The position numbers were made by a program, and so were the translations under genes. A stretch of 63,884 nucleotides of DNA, filler included, from Eubacteriales bacterium (GTDB lineage: Bacteria > Bacillota > Clostridia > Oscillospirales > CAG-382): the NCBI GenBank assembly GCA_045636665.1. It is 7 parts of 7 records of this genome, joined end to end, with 100 filler letters (N's around TTAATTAATTAA, not from the genome) between each part and the next. Parts side by side here need not be neighbours in the genome. Positions count along the whole stretch, not along the records: positions 1 to 27,609 come from JAZTXY010000024.1; 6 more parts are not named here. The stretch is one strand, 5' to 3'. Below are positions 9,770 through 18,588 of the stretch, piece after piece. Within the stretch, counting starts at the first letter, position 1; each line of letters starts with the position of its first letter. Below the pieces are notes generated by a model, which saw only the letters and a list, made by a program, of their open reading frames with translations, did not search any database and was not told the origin of the DNA.

Positions 9770-10717
9770 TTAGATGTTAGCGCTCTTAATTACAGCTTTA
9801 AGCGCTTCAGCAGATGCGTGAAGCTTTTGGAATTCATCATCGGTCAATTTTTGAGTGATAATCGATCTAACGCCGGTAGAATCTACCAAAGACAACGAGC
9901 TTAAGCAAACGTCGGAAATACCATATTCGCCTTCGTGCAACGAAGAAACGGTAAGCGCGGTTTCTGCATTGCCTGCCAAGGTATTAACGATGTGTGTGCT
10001 GGACATTGCAATACCATAGACGGTGCAGCCCTTACGGGAAATAATCTTTCCGCCGGACTTTCTAACGTAGGTTTCAACGTCTTCGCGTTTATATTCAGTG
10101 GGAAGATTATAAGCCGAAGCGATAGCAGCGTTGTATTCGTCAACCGGTACGCCTGCGATAGTTGCGGAAGACCACGCAACAAACGAGGTATCGCCGTGCT
10201 CACCAAGCACGTTTGCATGCACCTGTTGCTTGTTAACATGATAGATTTCAGCAAGACGGGTACGAAGACGAATAGTATCAAGAACGGTACCGGTGCCCAT
10301 AACCTGACTCTTGGGAAGTCCGGTATACTTAAGGAAAGCATAGGTCAAAATGTCAACAGGGTTTGCAACCAAAATATAGATAGCATTGGGAGCATATTTA
10401 ACGATTTCGTTTGCAATGCTCTTAATAATTCCAACGTTGGTTTGTACAAGCTCAAGACGGGTTTGACCGGGTTTTCTGCCGATTCCGGAAGTAATTATAA
10501 CAACATCAGAACCAACAGCATCGCGGTAGTCACCTGCATAAATATCACAGTTCGAAAGAAAAGGCGTTGCTTGCTTGATGTCAAGCGCTTCACCGAGCGC
10601 CTTTTCGGTATTAATATCTATCAAAACGACTTCAGAGGCAGCACCTCTTGCCAGCAAGGAATAAGCAGTTGTGGAACCAACCGCACCTGCACCGATAATT
10701 GTTACTTTTTTCTGCAT
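9770..10717 (-). CDS. ldh: L-lactate dehydrogenase
   Basis: GAGAVG Rossmann motif, RKPGQTRL (Gln typical of LDH rather than the Arg of MDH), ANPVD, GTVLDTIR, GEHGD. Confidence 0.9.
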   Translation of the reverse strand: MQKKVTIIGAGAVGSTTAYSLLARGAASEVVLIDINTEKALGEALDIKQATPFLSNCDIYAGDYRDAVGSDVVIITSGIGRKPGQTRLELVQTNVGIIKSIANEIVKYAPNAIYILVANPVDILTYAFLKYTGLPKSQVMGTGTVLDTIRLRTRLAEIYHVNKQQVHANVLGEHGDTSFVAWSSATIAGVPVDEYNAAIASAYNLPTEYKREDVETYVRKSGGKIISRKGCTVYGIAMSSTHIVNTLAGNAETALTVSSLHEGEYGISDVCLSSLSLVDSTGVRSIITQKLTDDEFQKLHASAEALKAVIKSANI

Positions 10718-10743
10718 TTCTTTTCTCCCTCAATTATTTTAAT

Positions 10744-11916
10744 TTAGAAATAACTTACTTTTATACGTTTGCCCATTTTCTTCAAGCAAGTTGAAAGCTC
10801 ATCAACCAAGTTCATTTTAATGTTGAAATTAATGGGTAGATCCGGATTTTGGTGTGCAGGATTAACCGCACGGCCAACAAAAAAATTAATATCTGTTGCT
10901 TCTTCAAAAAGAAGTCTGCTTATAAGCGCCGCTCCGTCACGCTTAAAGTTCCATTGCTCGTAAAGCTCATTATCGCCAAGATAATCCTTCGCGTATTGAA
11001 TAACCTTGTTCATAGTTATAACACCTTCGGTAACAAGGTCAACGCCCTCAATCGTAGCAATCGGAGGAACGTCGCTTCTTTCGAAGCTCAAGCTTGCTTT
11101 TACGGGTTTACCAAGGAATTTTGCGGCGATGGAAGAGGTTGTTCCGCCACAAACAATGTGTTTTCCCTCTTTTGAAAAGAACAACGACATCATTCTGTTT
11201 GCATCGTCGCGATTGGAGGGAGGACCGAAAAGTATATTCATCGGTTCTCTCTTTCTGATTTTGACAACACACGCGGTCGTATCATCGCCGGGTCTGAAAC
11301 CGTAAAGACGGTCACATTCATCAACCAACATCGTCGAAAGATTTTTCGCCGTATATCCGCCTGCAACAAGCGCTTGCATATATTCAGCAATTTCTTCTCT
11401 TCGCCACCCGAAATTATACGTTATGCCAAGTCCTGCGTGCGGACATCCGTCGCTGAGAGCAATAAAAACGTCGTCTTCCTGCAGCTTGATAGTGGATTTA
11501 TAAATCTTCTTACCGCCGATATTCATTTCGGTTTTCGGATAATCGTACTGTTCATAATTACGAATAATGATTACGTGAGGATTATCGTACTGAATAATCT
11601 CGGCAGTTTCGTTATTGAGAAGATGTATAATCGTAAACGTTGAATATGCAACTCCGCGAACAGAGCATACGGGAAGCGTAGCGGCAATGGTAGAAACGCA
11701 TTCTTCAATGGGCAGTCCCGCCGCCATCATCGTAGAAATGATTTTTGACGTTAAAGTCGAAAGGATGCTCGCTTTAACACCGCTTCCAAGACCGTCCGCA
11801 AGAACGATTACGGTAGAATTTTCGTTTTCTTCAACGACGTCAACGTGGTCACCACAAAGCTCTTCACCGAAATGATTGATACTTTTGTATCCAATATCTG
11901 CGCAAAGATCATTCAT
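10744..11916 (-). CDS. SpoIIE/PP2C-type serine phosphatase (HfsC-like)
   Basis: ELCGD, LADGLGSG, SDG and GDDTT PP2C motifs; C-terminal CGGTT domain typical of hydrogenase-associated phosphatases. Confidence 0.9.
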   Translation of the reverse strand: MNDLCADIGYKSINHFGEELCGDHVDVVEENENSTVIVLADGLGSGVKASILSTLTSKIISTMMAAGLPIEECVSTIAATLPVCSVRGVAYSTFTIIHLLNNETAEIIQYDNPHVIIIRNYEQYDYPKTEMNIGGKKIYKSTIKLQEDDVFIALSDGCPHAGLGITYNFGWRREEIAEYMQALVAGGYTAKNLSTMLVDECDRLYGFRPGDDTTACVVKIRKREPMNILFGPPSNRDDANRMMSLFFSKEGKHIVCGGTTSSIAAKFLGKPVKASLSFERSDVPPIATIEGVDLVTEGVITMNKVIQYAKDYLGDNELYEQWNFKRDGAALISRLLFEEATDINFFVGRAVNPAHQNPDLPINFNIKMNLVDELSTCLKKMGKRIKVSYF

Positions 11917-13597
11917 CGTCGATAGACTCCTTTAGCTTGGTAAGAGCAATTTTGGTTTCAGCAGCGGTTTCTCCGAGAAGAGATGCAATTTCTTGAACTA
12001 TTCTCATCTGCTTTTCAACGACCATATCTGCAACCTCAAGCGTTTTCTGATTGATCGTATTTTTCTTAATTCGCTCATTTTCCGCATCGGAAACGTCTCT
12101 CATAATACCAACGAGCATATGCGATTCGTTATCGTAAACAACGGTTTGTTCAACATAACGCTTATACTCAGCGAGATACGTGCGTTGATTACGGACTGCT
12201 CTTCCGCTATTTTTAACCTGCATGAAAATACTCGGATCAAGAATTCTGACAACCGGTTCTCCAAGAACGTCGGATTCCGAACGTATATTCATTATTCTGC
12301 GCGCAGATTCGTTAATCTGCTGTACTTCAAGATTTTCGTTTAATACTATTAAGCCGTTAGGAGTATTCTTAACGATAGTATCCGAAAAGCTTTCCGCCTT
12401 ATCCTTAAGGTACGGCAAGCACATTGAAATTTCGGCCTTGCCCTGAATAATAGCAATCGCCTTTTCACGGCAAGAATTATATCCGCAGGAGCCGCAATTC
12501 AATTCATCAGCGGGCTTGAATTTACCCATTTGACGAAGCACAGCCATAATTTCAGCTTCGGGCGGGGTTGCAAGCTTATGCACAATCGCCGTAAAGTGTT
12601 TTTTGAGATTCATCGGTTCGGGCTGATTGACTTCGAAATCTCGTTCACCCGCATATTCCGAAACGGTAATAAAATCTCTTATAGGGGATGCGTTATGATA
12701 CTTTTCCATAACGGGTCCGCCTACGCAACTGCCCACGCATGCAGACATTTCAATAAAGCAACGGTGAATCTTTCCGTTTTCGATATCCTTCAGCGCAGAG
12801 ATACAATTATCAACGCCATCGATAGCTAAATAGGTGTATCCCGGTGCATTCTGTGCCATCGTCTTTAAAACGCCGCCGGTTGTCGGGAAAAATCTCGCCC
12901 TGCTGTTAGGATTATTATCTTTAGTAGGTTCAATGGTTATGTTTTCGGCTTTAAGCCAATTCGAAAGTTCTTCGAAGGTAAGAACCGCATCAACTAAACC
13001 CTCGTAATATTCCGCTTCATCCTTTTTTGCAACGCAAGGACCGACAAACAGCGTCTTTGCGTTGGGTATTCTTCTTTTTATATCCGCGCAGTGTGCCTGC
13101 ATAGGAGACATTACGTCGGCAAGATATTCAAGAGAATTCGGAAAATATTTCTGGATAAGCAAGTTTACCGAGTGACAGCACGATGCAATAACAATGTCGC
13201 GTTCTTCTTCCAAAAGAATGCGTTCATATTCGTTTTTAACGATAGTCGCGCCGATAGCGGTTTCTTCGACATCGTAAAAACCAAGCTGTTTTAAAGCGGC
13301 ACGAATAGCTTCGATACCTACGCCGTCATAATTTGCAACAAAGGAGGGCGCAAGGCTTACAACCACGGGATCGCCGCTTTGAAGCAACACTCTTGCTTTT
13401 TCCGTACCGTCAACTATTTCTTTTGCATTTTGAGGACAAACTACAAAGCATCTGCCGCACAAAATACATTCATTACCGATAATGTGTGCTTGGTTTCCGG
13501 AAAAACGTATTGCCTTTACGGGGCAGTTACGAATACATTTATAGCAATTCTTGCAATTTGATTTTTTAAGGGTTAAGCAATTTGCCACGTTTGTCAC
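11909..13597 (-). CDS. Sensory [FeFe]-hydrogenase, group C (HydS/HfsB-like), with PAS domain
   Basis: N-terminal 2[4Fe-4S], altered H-cluster motifs ASCCHS, GPCVAKKDE, EMSACVGSCVGG; LNCGSCGYNSC FeS domain; PAS and coiled coil. An alternative GTG start lies at 13588. Confidence 0.92.
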   Translation of the reverse strand: MTNVANCLTLKKSNCKNCYKCIRNCPVKAIRFSGNQAHIIGNECILCGRCFVVCPQNAKEIVDGTEKARVLLQSGDPVVVSLAPSFVANYDGVGIEAIRAALKQLGFYDVEETAIGATIVKNEYERILLEEERDIVIASCCHSVNLLIQKYFPNSLEYLADVMSPMQAHCADIKRRIPNAKTLFVGPCVAKKDEAEYYEGLVDAVLTFEELSNWLKAENITIEPTKDNNPNSRARFFPTTGGVLKTMAQNAPGYTYLAIDGVDNCISALKDIENGKIHRCFIEMSACVGSCVGGPVMEKYHNASPIRDFITVSEYAGERDFEVNQPEPMNLKKHFTAIVHKLATPPEAEIMAVLRQMGKFKPADELNCGSCGYNSCREKAIAIIQGKAEISMCLPYLKDKAESFSDTIVKNTPNGLIVLNENLEVQQINESARRIMNIRSESDVLGEPVVRILDPSIFMQVKNSGRAVRNQRTYLAEYKRYVEQTVVYDNESHMLVGIMRDVSDAENERIKKNTINQKTLEVADMVVEKQMRIVQEIASLLGETAAETKIALTKLKESIDDE

Positions 13598-13857
13598 TTC
13601 CCTTCATTTGCAACAACTTCGAGAATATTTCTCGTAAAAAACTCTTTAAAGTTATCACGAGTTATGCCGGTGTGAACTTCATCGTTAACTTGAACGGTTA
13701 CGCCGACTCGATTACATTTTCCGATGCAGAACGTACCGGCAAGCTCGATTCTGCCGTTTAAGTCATTTTCCTCTATTGCCTGCATTAAAAGCTCAACGAT
13801 ATCTTGCGAGCCTTTTAAATGGCAGGACGAACCAACACATACATTAACACGCACCAT
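13594..13857 (-). CDS. Thioredoxin-like [2Fe-2S] ferredoxin (HfsA-like), copy 2
   Basis: CVGSSCHLKG...GTFCIGKC. Confidence 0.9.
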   Translation of the reverse strand: MVRVNVCVGSSCHLKGSQDIVELLMQAIEENDLNGRIELAGTFCIGKCNRVGVTVQVNDEVHTGITRDNFKEFFTRNILEVVANEGK

Positions 13858-13862
13858 TGCAA

Positions 13863-14102
13863 TTACACCTTTGCAAGAACAGCTTCAGCAAAAAATTCAT
13901 TAACGTTATCGGGAGTAACCGAGTAAAACGCATCGTCTACAGTAACGCATACACCCTTTTGGCAGTTACCCATACAAAAAGTACCGCCGAGCTCAACCTT
14001 ATTACCGATATTATTTTCAGCAATAAGATCCTGAAGCTTTTCAACAACTTGACGCGAGCCTTTGATGTGGCAAGAGCTACCTATACAAACCGTAATTTTC
14101 AT
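13863..14102 (-). CDS. Thioredoxin-like [2Fe-2S] ferredoxin (HfsA-like), copy 1
   Basis: CIGSSCHIKG...GTFCMGNC; GAGG RBS. Confidence 0.9.
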   Translation of the reverse strand: MKITVCIGSSCHIKGSRQVVEKLQDLIAENNIGNKVELGGTFCMGNCQKGVCVTVDDAFYSVTPDNVNEFFAEAVLAKV

Positions 14103-14176
14103 AAAATTTTTTCCTCTCTGTTTTATGTTAGTATTCTTATTTTGCCATAATAACCCATTTTTTTATTATTAAGCTT

Positions 14177-14205
14177 ATTTTATCATATTTTTTTCTTTAA
14201 ATCAA
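14177..14205 (-). promoter_or_regulatory. Sigma-A promoter of the hydrogenase/ldh operon
   Basis: Minus strand TTGATT-17 bp-TAAAAT with extended TG. Confidence 0.65.
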
Positions 14206-14289
14206 GTATAAAAATGATATATGTGTAATCAATATCACGCATATCGATTTACACCGAATCGATATGCCTATCATCGTACTTTTTCCGTT

Positions 14290-14320
14290 AAAAAGAACCG
14301 CAAAAAGATTTTTGCGGTTC
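14290..14320 (-). terminator. Intrinsic terminator
   Basis: GAACCGCAAAA/TTTTGCGGTTC stem with a T run on the minus strand. Confidence 0.8.
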
Positions 14321-14331
14321 AAACGTATTTT

Positions 14332-15423
14332 TTATTTGCTTTTGCTTCGCTTGGCGAAATATATTTCCAAACCAATGTAGAAAAAAATCGAAACAAGCAT
14401 TATGAAGTAATAGCTCAAAAGTCGCCAAATAAGCATAACTCCGTTTGCTGTTGCAACCACAGCCGTGACAGATGTTCCGCAGGCAATGTACAAAATCATC
14501 GATTTAAACACCTGACCCGTACAGCCCTCAACACCGCCCGACGCACCGGGAGTGGGAAAGAAACCAACCGCAGTCAACGCAAGCGAGGTTCCCGTTATAA
14601 TCAAGAACAAATGCGACGGTTCAACAGGAATTCCAAACGACATAAGGATAAAATACGAAGCGCCGTAATAGAACACGTGTGCGAGGATTTTCGAAAGCAC
14701 AGCCATTGCGAAGTACTTTTTCTTTTTAATCAAGTCGGCAAACGCTTCTTGAACCTGAACAAAGTACAGCTCCAACGAATCGGCTTTTGAACTAAATTTG
14801 TTCAACAGCTTAAAGCTGCATATAAAACGAACGAATCTTACAAGCCATCCGCGCACCGTTTTACTTTTGCCGAGCAGAATCATTATTGCCAAAATCGAGA
14901 AGTTAATGGCATAACCCGCAAAAATGATGGGTATCCACCAAGAATCGATCGAAGCAACCAAAATATCAAGGAAGAAAAGGCCAAACAAGGACAAACCGTT
15001 GGTTGCAATCATATAAATTACAAGGTTTGCCAACAGCAATCCCGAAGACTCGGAAAGCTTAACCTTGGCTTTTGTGAACGAATGCGCCTGAAAGGGTTGG
15101 CCACCTGTTGCCCAAGGTGTAATTCCGTTAAAGAAATGCTCGGTCATTGCAATAGAATACGTAATTCCTGCAGGAGCCTTAACGTTTCTTGCCTTTGCAA
15201 GAATACACAACGACAAAGGATACAAAGCGAGATATACCACAACCATCAAAACGGCTAAAGCAACGTAAGAATAGTTAACCGTTTCAAGCTGTTCGATTAT
15301 ACTCGGAAGATCGTTAAAAGAAAGGACTGTTATCAGCAAAAGAACTGCGATTATCGCGTAAACGATGAACAACGCTATTTTTTTGCCGTTTAGCGGATTC
15401 TTTTGCGAGTTATCCAAAGCCAC
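14332..15423 (-). CDS. Lysylphosphatidylglycerol synthase TM-domain / flippase-like protein (UPF0104)
   Basis: FFNGITPWATGGQP, PTPGASGGVE and LIWRLLSYY motifs; multi-TM. Confidence 0.85.
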   Translation of the reverse strand: MALDNSQKNPLNGKKIALFIVYAIIAVLLLITVLSFNDLPSIIEQLETVNYSYVALAVLMVVVYLALYPLSLCILAKARNVKAPAGITYSIAMTEHFFNGITPWATGGQPFQAHSFTKAKVKLSESSGLLLANLVIYMIATNGLSLFGLFFLDILVASIDSWWIPIIFAGYAINFSILAIMILLGKSKTVRGWLVRFVRFICSFKLLNKFSSKADSLELYFVQVQEAFADLIKKKKYFAMAVLSKILAHVFYYGASYFILMSFGIPVEPSHLFLIITGTSLALTAVGFFPTPGASGGVEGCTGQVFKSMILYIACGTSVTAVVATANGVMLIWRLLSYYFIMLVSIFFYIGLEIYFAKRSKSK

Positions 15424-15577
15424 ACTCCTCTCTCTTATTACATAATCAATTCATAATAACATAAATTTGCAAAATTTACAACATTTTTATTGAAAATTAT
15501 TGAATAATTTTCAGCAAAGATTTTCTACCCTTTGTGGCAATTATGACAAAATGCAGGTAATAAAGCTCAAAATATTG

Positions 15578-15609
15578 AAAGGAGTCCCTCAATCACGAAG
15601 AACTCCTTT
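15578..15609 (-). terminator. Probable terminator after trpB
   Basis: AAAGGAGT...ACTCCTTT inverted repeat just past the stop; large loop. Confidence 0.5.
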
Positions 15610-15621
15610 GAAAAATATTTA

Positions 15622-16842
15622 TTATCTGATTCCGTAATTTTCAATTACGTAGTCCATATCCTTATCGCCTCTGCCCGAGAGATTTATAAGAACAGAACCG
15701 TGTTCCATAGTTTTCGCAAGCTTCATACCGTATGCAACCGCGTGCGAGCTTTCAATTGCGGGAATAATACCTTCAAGACGCGCAAGCTTGAAGAATGCAT
15801 CAATAGTTTCTTCGTCATCGATAACGTCATATTTAACTCTGCCGATTTCTTGCAAAAATGCATGCTCGGGACCCGACGAGGGATAGTCAAGACCGCTTGC
15901 AACCGAATATACGGGCGCAGGATCGCCGTTTTCATCCTTAAGCATTATGCTGTTAAATCCGTGCATAACACCTTCTGTGCCGTATTTCAAGCTCGCTGCG
16001 TGGTCGCCGAGCTTGGGACCTCTGCCCAACGGCTCAACGCCGTAAATATCAACGGGATCGTTAAGGAATCCTGCGGAAAGACCTGCCGCATTGGAACCGC
16101 CGCCGACACAAGCAACGATAGCGCTCGGAAGGTGACCCGTCATATCGATAAACTGATCGCGTGCTTCAATGCCGACAATGCTTTGGAAGTCGCGCACCAT
16201 CATCGGGAACGGGTGCGGACCGAGAACGGAACCGATGCAATATATCGAATCCTTATACTCCTTACTGTACGCATCAAAAGCGGCGTCAACAGCTTCCTTA
16301 AGCGTTTTAAGGCCGTGGGTGACCTCAACCACGTTTGCGCCCAAAATCTTCATACGCGCAACGTTAGGGGCTTGTTTTTTAATATCGACAGAGCCCATAT
16401 AAATATCGCATTCAAGACCGAAATATGCCGCTGCTGTCGCCAATGCAACACCGTGCTGTCCCGCACCGGTTTCTGCAATAACCTTTTTCTTGCCCATATA
16501 TTTCGCAAGAAGCGCTTCACCCATACAGTGATTGAGCTTGTGCGCACCCGAGTGGTTAAGGTCTTCACGTTTTGCATAAAGCTGTACGCGTCCGCCAAGC
16601 GCATCAGAAAGACGTTCAAGGTGAGAAACGGGTGTAGGTCTTCCCTGAAATTCTTTTCTTATTCTACGCAATTCAGCGATAAATTTTCTCGATTGGCAGA
16701 TTGAATAATATGCATAGGTAATTTCTTCCATAGCGGCTTTGAGCTTATCATCGATATAAACACCGCCGTATTTTCCGAAATAGCCGTTTTTATCAGGGTA
16801 ATTATTGAAATATGTTTGAAAATCAACGTTGTTGAGTACCAT
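15622..16842 (-). CDS. trpB: Tryptophan synthase beta subunit
   Basis: [14 protein letters not shown] (PLP lysine), [30 protein letters not shown]; start reset to ATG 16842 after GGAG. Confidence 0.96.
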   Translation of the reverse strand: MVLNNVDFQTYFNNYPDKNGYFGKYGGVYIDDKLKAAMEEITYAYYSICQSRKFIAELRRIRKEFQGRPTPVSHLERLSDALGGRVQLYAKREDLNHSGAHKLNHCMGEALLAKYMGKKKVIAETGAGQHGVALATAAAYFGLECDIYMGSVDIKKQAPNVARMKILGANVVEVTHGLKTLKEAVDAAFDAYSKEYKDSIYCIGSVLGPHPFPMMVRDFQSIVGIEARDQFIDMTGHLPSAIVACVGGGSNAAGLSAGFLNDPVDIYGVEPLGRGPKLGDHAASLKYGTEGVMHGFNSIMLKDENGDPAPVYSVASGLDYPSSGPEHAFLQEIGRVKYDVIDDEETIDAFFKLARLEGIIPAIESSHAVAYGMKLAKTMEHGSVLINLSGRGDKDMDYVIENYGIR

Positions 16843-16949
16843 TTTTACTATCTCCATCATTCAATTAAAGTTTAATTAAAATTTTAATTCAATATCAGAT
16901 ACGCCATCGCTTTGACAAAATAAACATATTAAACCCTTTTCTATCTGTC

Positions 16950-17230
16950 AAAACAAAAACGCCTTGACAGAATTCATTTTTCTGTCAAGGACGAATAACT
17001 TCTTATCCGCGGTGCCACCTTGAATTCACGGTAAAACCGTGCGCTTTATCGGATACAAACATATCCACGGTAATTAACGCATACCTTACGTTGCAGAATA
17101 CTTTGCGTGATTACGCATTTCCTTGCACCCTCCGCGGTCCATTTGCCGAATCGTTTCTTGCCCGCATCGCAGCTGCACGGACTCTCTGTAAAGGCGTTTT
17201 TCGACTTTATCTCCACATCAACGGTTTAAT
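16950..17230 (-). promoter_or_regulatory. T-box riboswitch with Trp (UGG) specifier
   Basis: Minus strand: AGAGA and GCTG stem I motifs, AAA-TGG-ACC specifier (17141-17139), T-box AAGGTGGCACCGCGG (17021-17007), terminator CCTTGACAGAA/TTCTGTCAAGG with T run. Confidence 0.95.
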
Positions 17231-17247
17231 ATACTAAATTTTTATTC

Positions 17248-17276
17248 ATTATAACACCGTTAAAAAATCTTGTCAA
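17248..17276 (-). promoter_or_regulatory. Consensus sigma-A promoter for T-box/trpB
   Basis: TTGACA-17 bp-TATAAT with extended TG. Confidence 0.9.
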
Positions 17277-17364
17277 GGGCTTATTCCCTATTTTAAGCAA
17301 AAATATGATGACAAATAAAAAATTTTGTGTTATAATGCCTTATCTCACAAAAGAGGATTCGATT

Positions 17365-18498
17365 ATGCAAAAGGCGATACAAAAATTAGTTGATTCAAAG
17401 GTTTTCAAAATTATAATAAGCAATCCCGTCGAAAAAAACAATTCTTTTCGCAAAATCGTTATCGAAAAAAAGAAAAACGGTTATCATTCATCAAAGTATA
17501 CCGAAAAGCAGGTCTTTCACGACAATTTTAACGACGAAGAGCTTTTTTCCTATCTTTGCGAAAATATATTACATAAATATAAGCAAATAAACGCTTGGTC
17601 CGACGGTATCGAACACATTTTGCTTATCTCCAAAAAAGGCGTTTGCAATTACAAAGCAAAGAAGATTCAAACAAACGAATTTTCTCTTTCGGACAATGAC
17701 CGCAAAAAGAATTATATCATCGAGGAAGGCTCGATTATCGCACCGCTTGTTGATATGGGTATATTTACGCCCGACGGCAAGATTATCAAAGCAATGTACA
17801 GCAAGTACAAACAGATTAACCGTTTTCTTGAAATTATCGACGACGAGATTTCATCTTCCGACAAGAAGGAATTCAACATAATCGACTTTGGTTGCGGCAA
17901 ATCGTATCTTACCTTTATCCTATACCACTATTTCACAAGCATCGCAAATATTAAGGTCAATATGATTGGATTGGACCTTAAAAAAGACGTCATTACCAAA
18001 TGTAACGATGCTGCGAAAAAGTACGGATATACCGATTTGCGTTTTGAACTGGGCGATATAAACGGGTATAAGGCGCCATTTGAGGTCGATATGGTAATTT
18101 CGCTCCATGCTTGTGACACCGCAACCGATTTCGCGCTCTATAACGCAATAAACTGGAACGCAAAATACATCTTCTCCGTCCCCTGCTGTCAGCACGAATT
18201 AAATGAACAAATCAAACCCAACGAGCTTTCCATCCTTTCAAGATATGGAATTGTAAAGGAACGTTTTTCGGCATTGGCAACCGACATAATACGAGGCAAT
18301 CTGCTTGAATATTGCGGATATAAAACTCAGCTTTTGGAATTTATCGAGCTTGACCACACGCCTAAAAACATTCTTATCCGCGCTGTTAAGCGCAAATCCT
18401 CGTCACAACAGACAAAAGCAGATGCGCTTAAAGAAATTGATGCGCTTTTGAAAGAATTCAACTTTAAACCTACACTTTACAACCTACTCATTAAATAG
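17365..18498 (+). CDS. Class I SAM-dependent methyltransferase (Methyltransf_32-like)
   Basis: KYKQINRFLE, IDFGCGKSYLTF, SLHACDTATD, VPCCQ, HTPKN; start at ATG 17365 after GAGG; ATGACA-17-TATAAT upstream. Confidence 0.85.
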   Translation: MQKAIQKLVDSKVFKIIISNPVEKNNSFRKIVIEKKKNGYHSSKYTEKQVFHDNFNDEELFSYLCENILHKYKQINAWSDGIEHILLISKKGVCNYKAKKIQTNEFSLSDNDRKKNYIIEEGSIIAPLVDMGIFTPDGKIIKAMYSKYKQINRFLEIIDDEISSSDKKEFNIIDFGCGKSYLTFILYHYFTSIANIKVNMIGLDLKKDVITKCNDAAKKYGYTDLRFELGDINGYKAPFEVDMVISLHACDTATDFALYNAINWNAKYIFSVPCCQHELNEQIKPNELSILSRYGIVKERFSALATDIIRGNLLEYCGYKTQLLEFIELDHTPKNILIRAVKRKSSSQQTKADALKEIDALLKEFNFKPTLYNLLIK

Positions 18499-18500
18499 TT

Positions 18501-18531
18501 AAAGCTCCTGCAAATTTCGGCAGGAGCTTTT
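18501..18531. terminator. Terminator between convergent genes
   Basis: AAAGCTCCTGC...GCAGGAGCTTT followed by TATT. Confidence 0.8.
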
Positions 18532-18588
18532 ATTATTACTTGGTGGACAATATTTCGAATTCCGCAACCGATTCGCGTTGTGGGACAA

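Noticed and set aside
8418..10747. Long antisense ORFs (8418-9773, 9935-10747; likewise 15700-16704, 22506-23414, 33224-34765, 58631-59920)
   Set aside because: They mirror well-supported genes on the other strand, show no recognisable motifs, and are expected shadows of codon bias.
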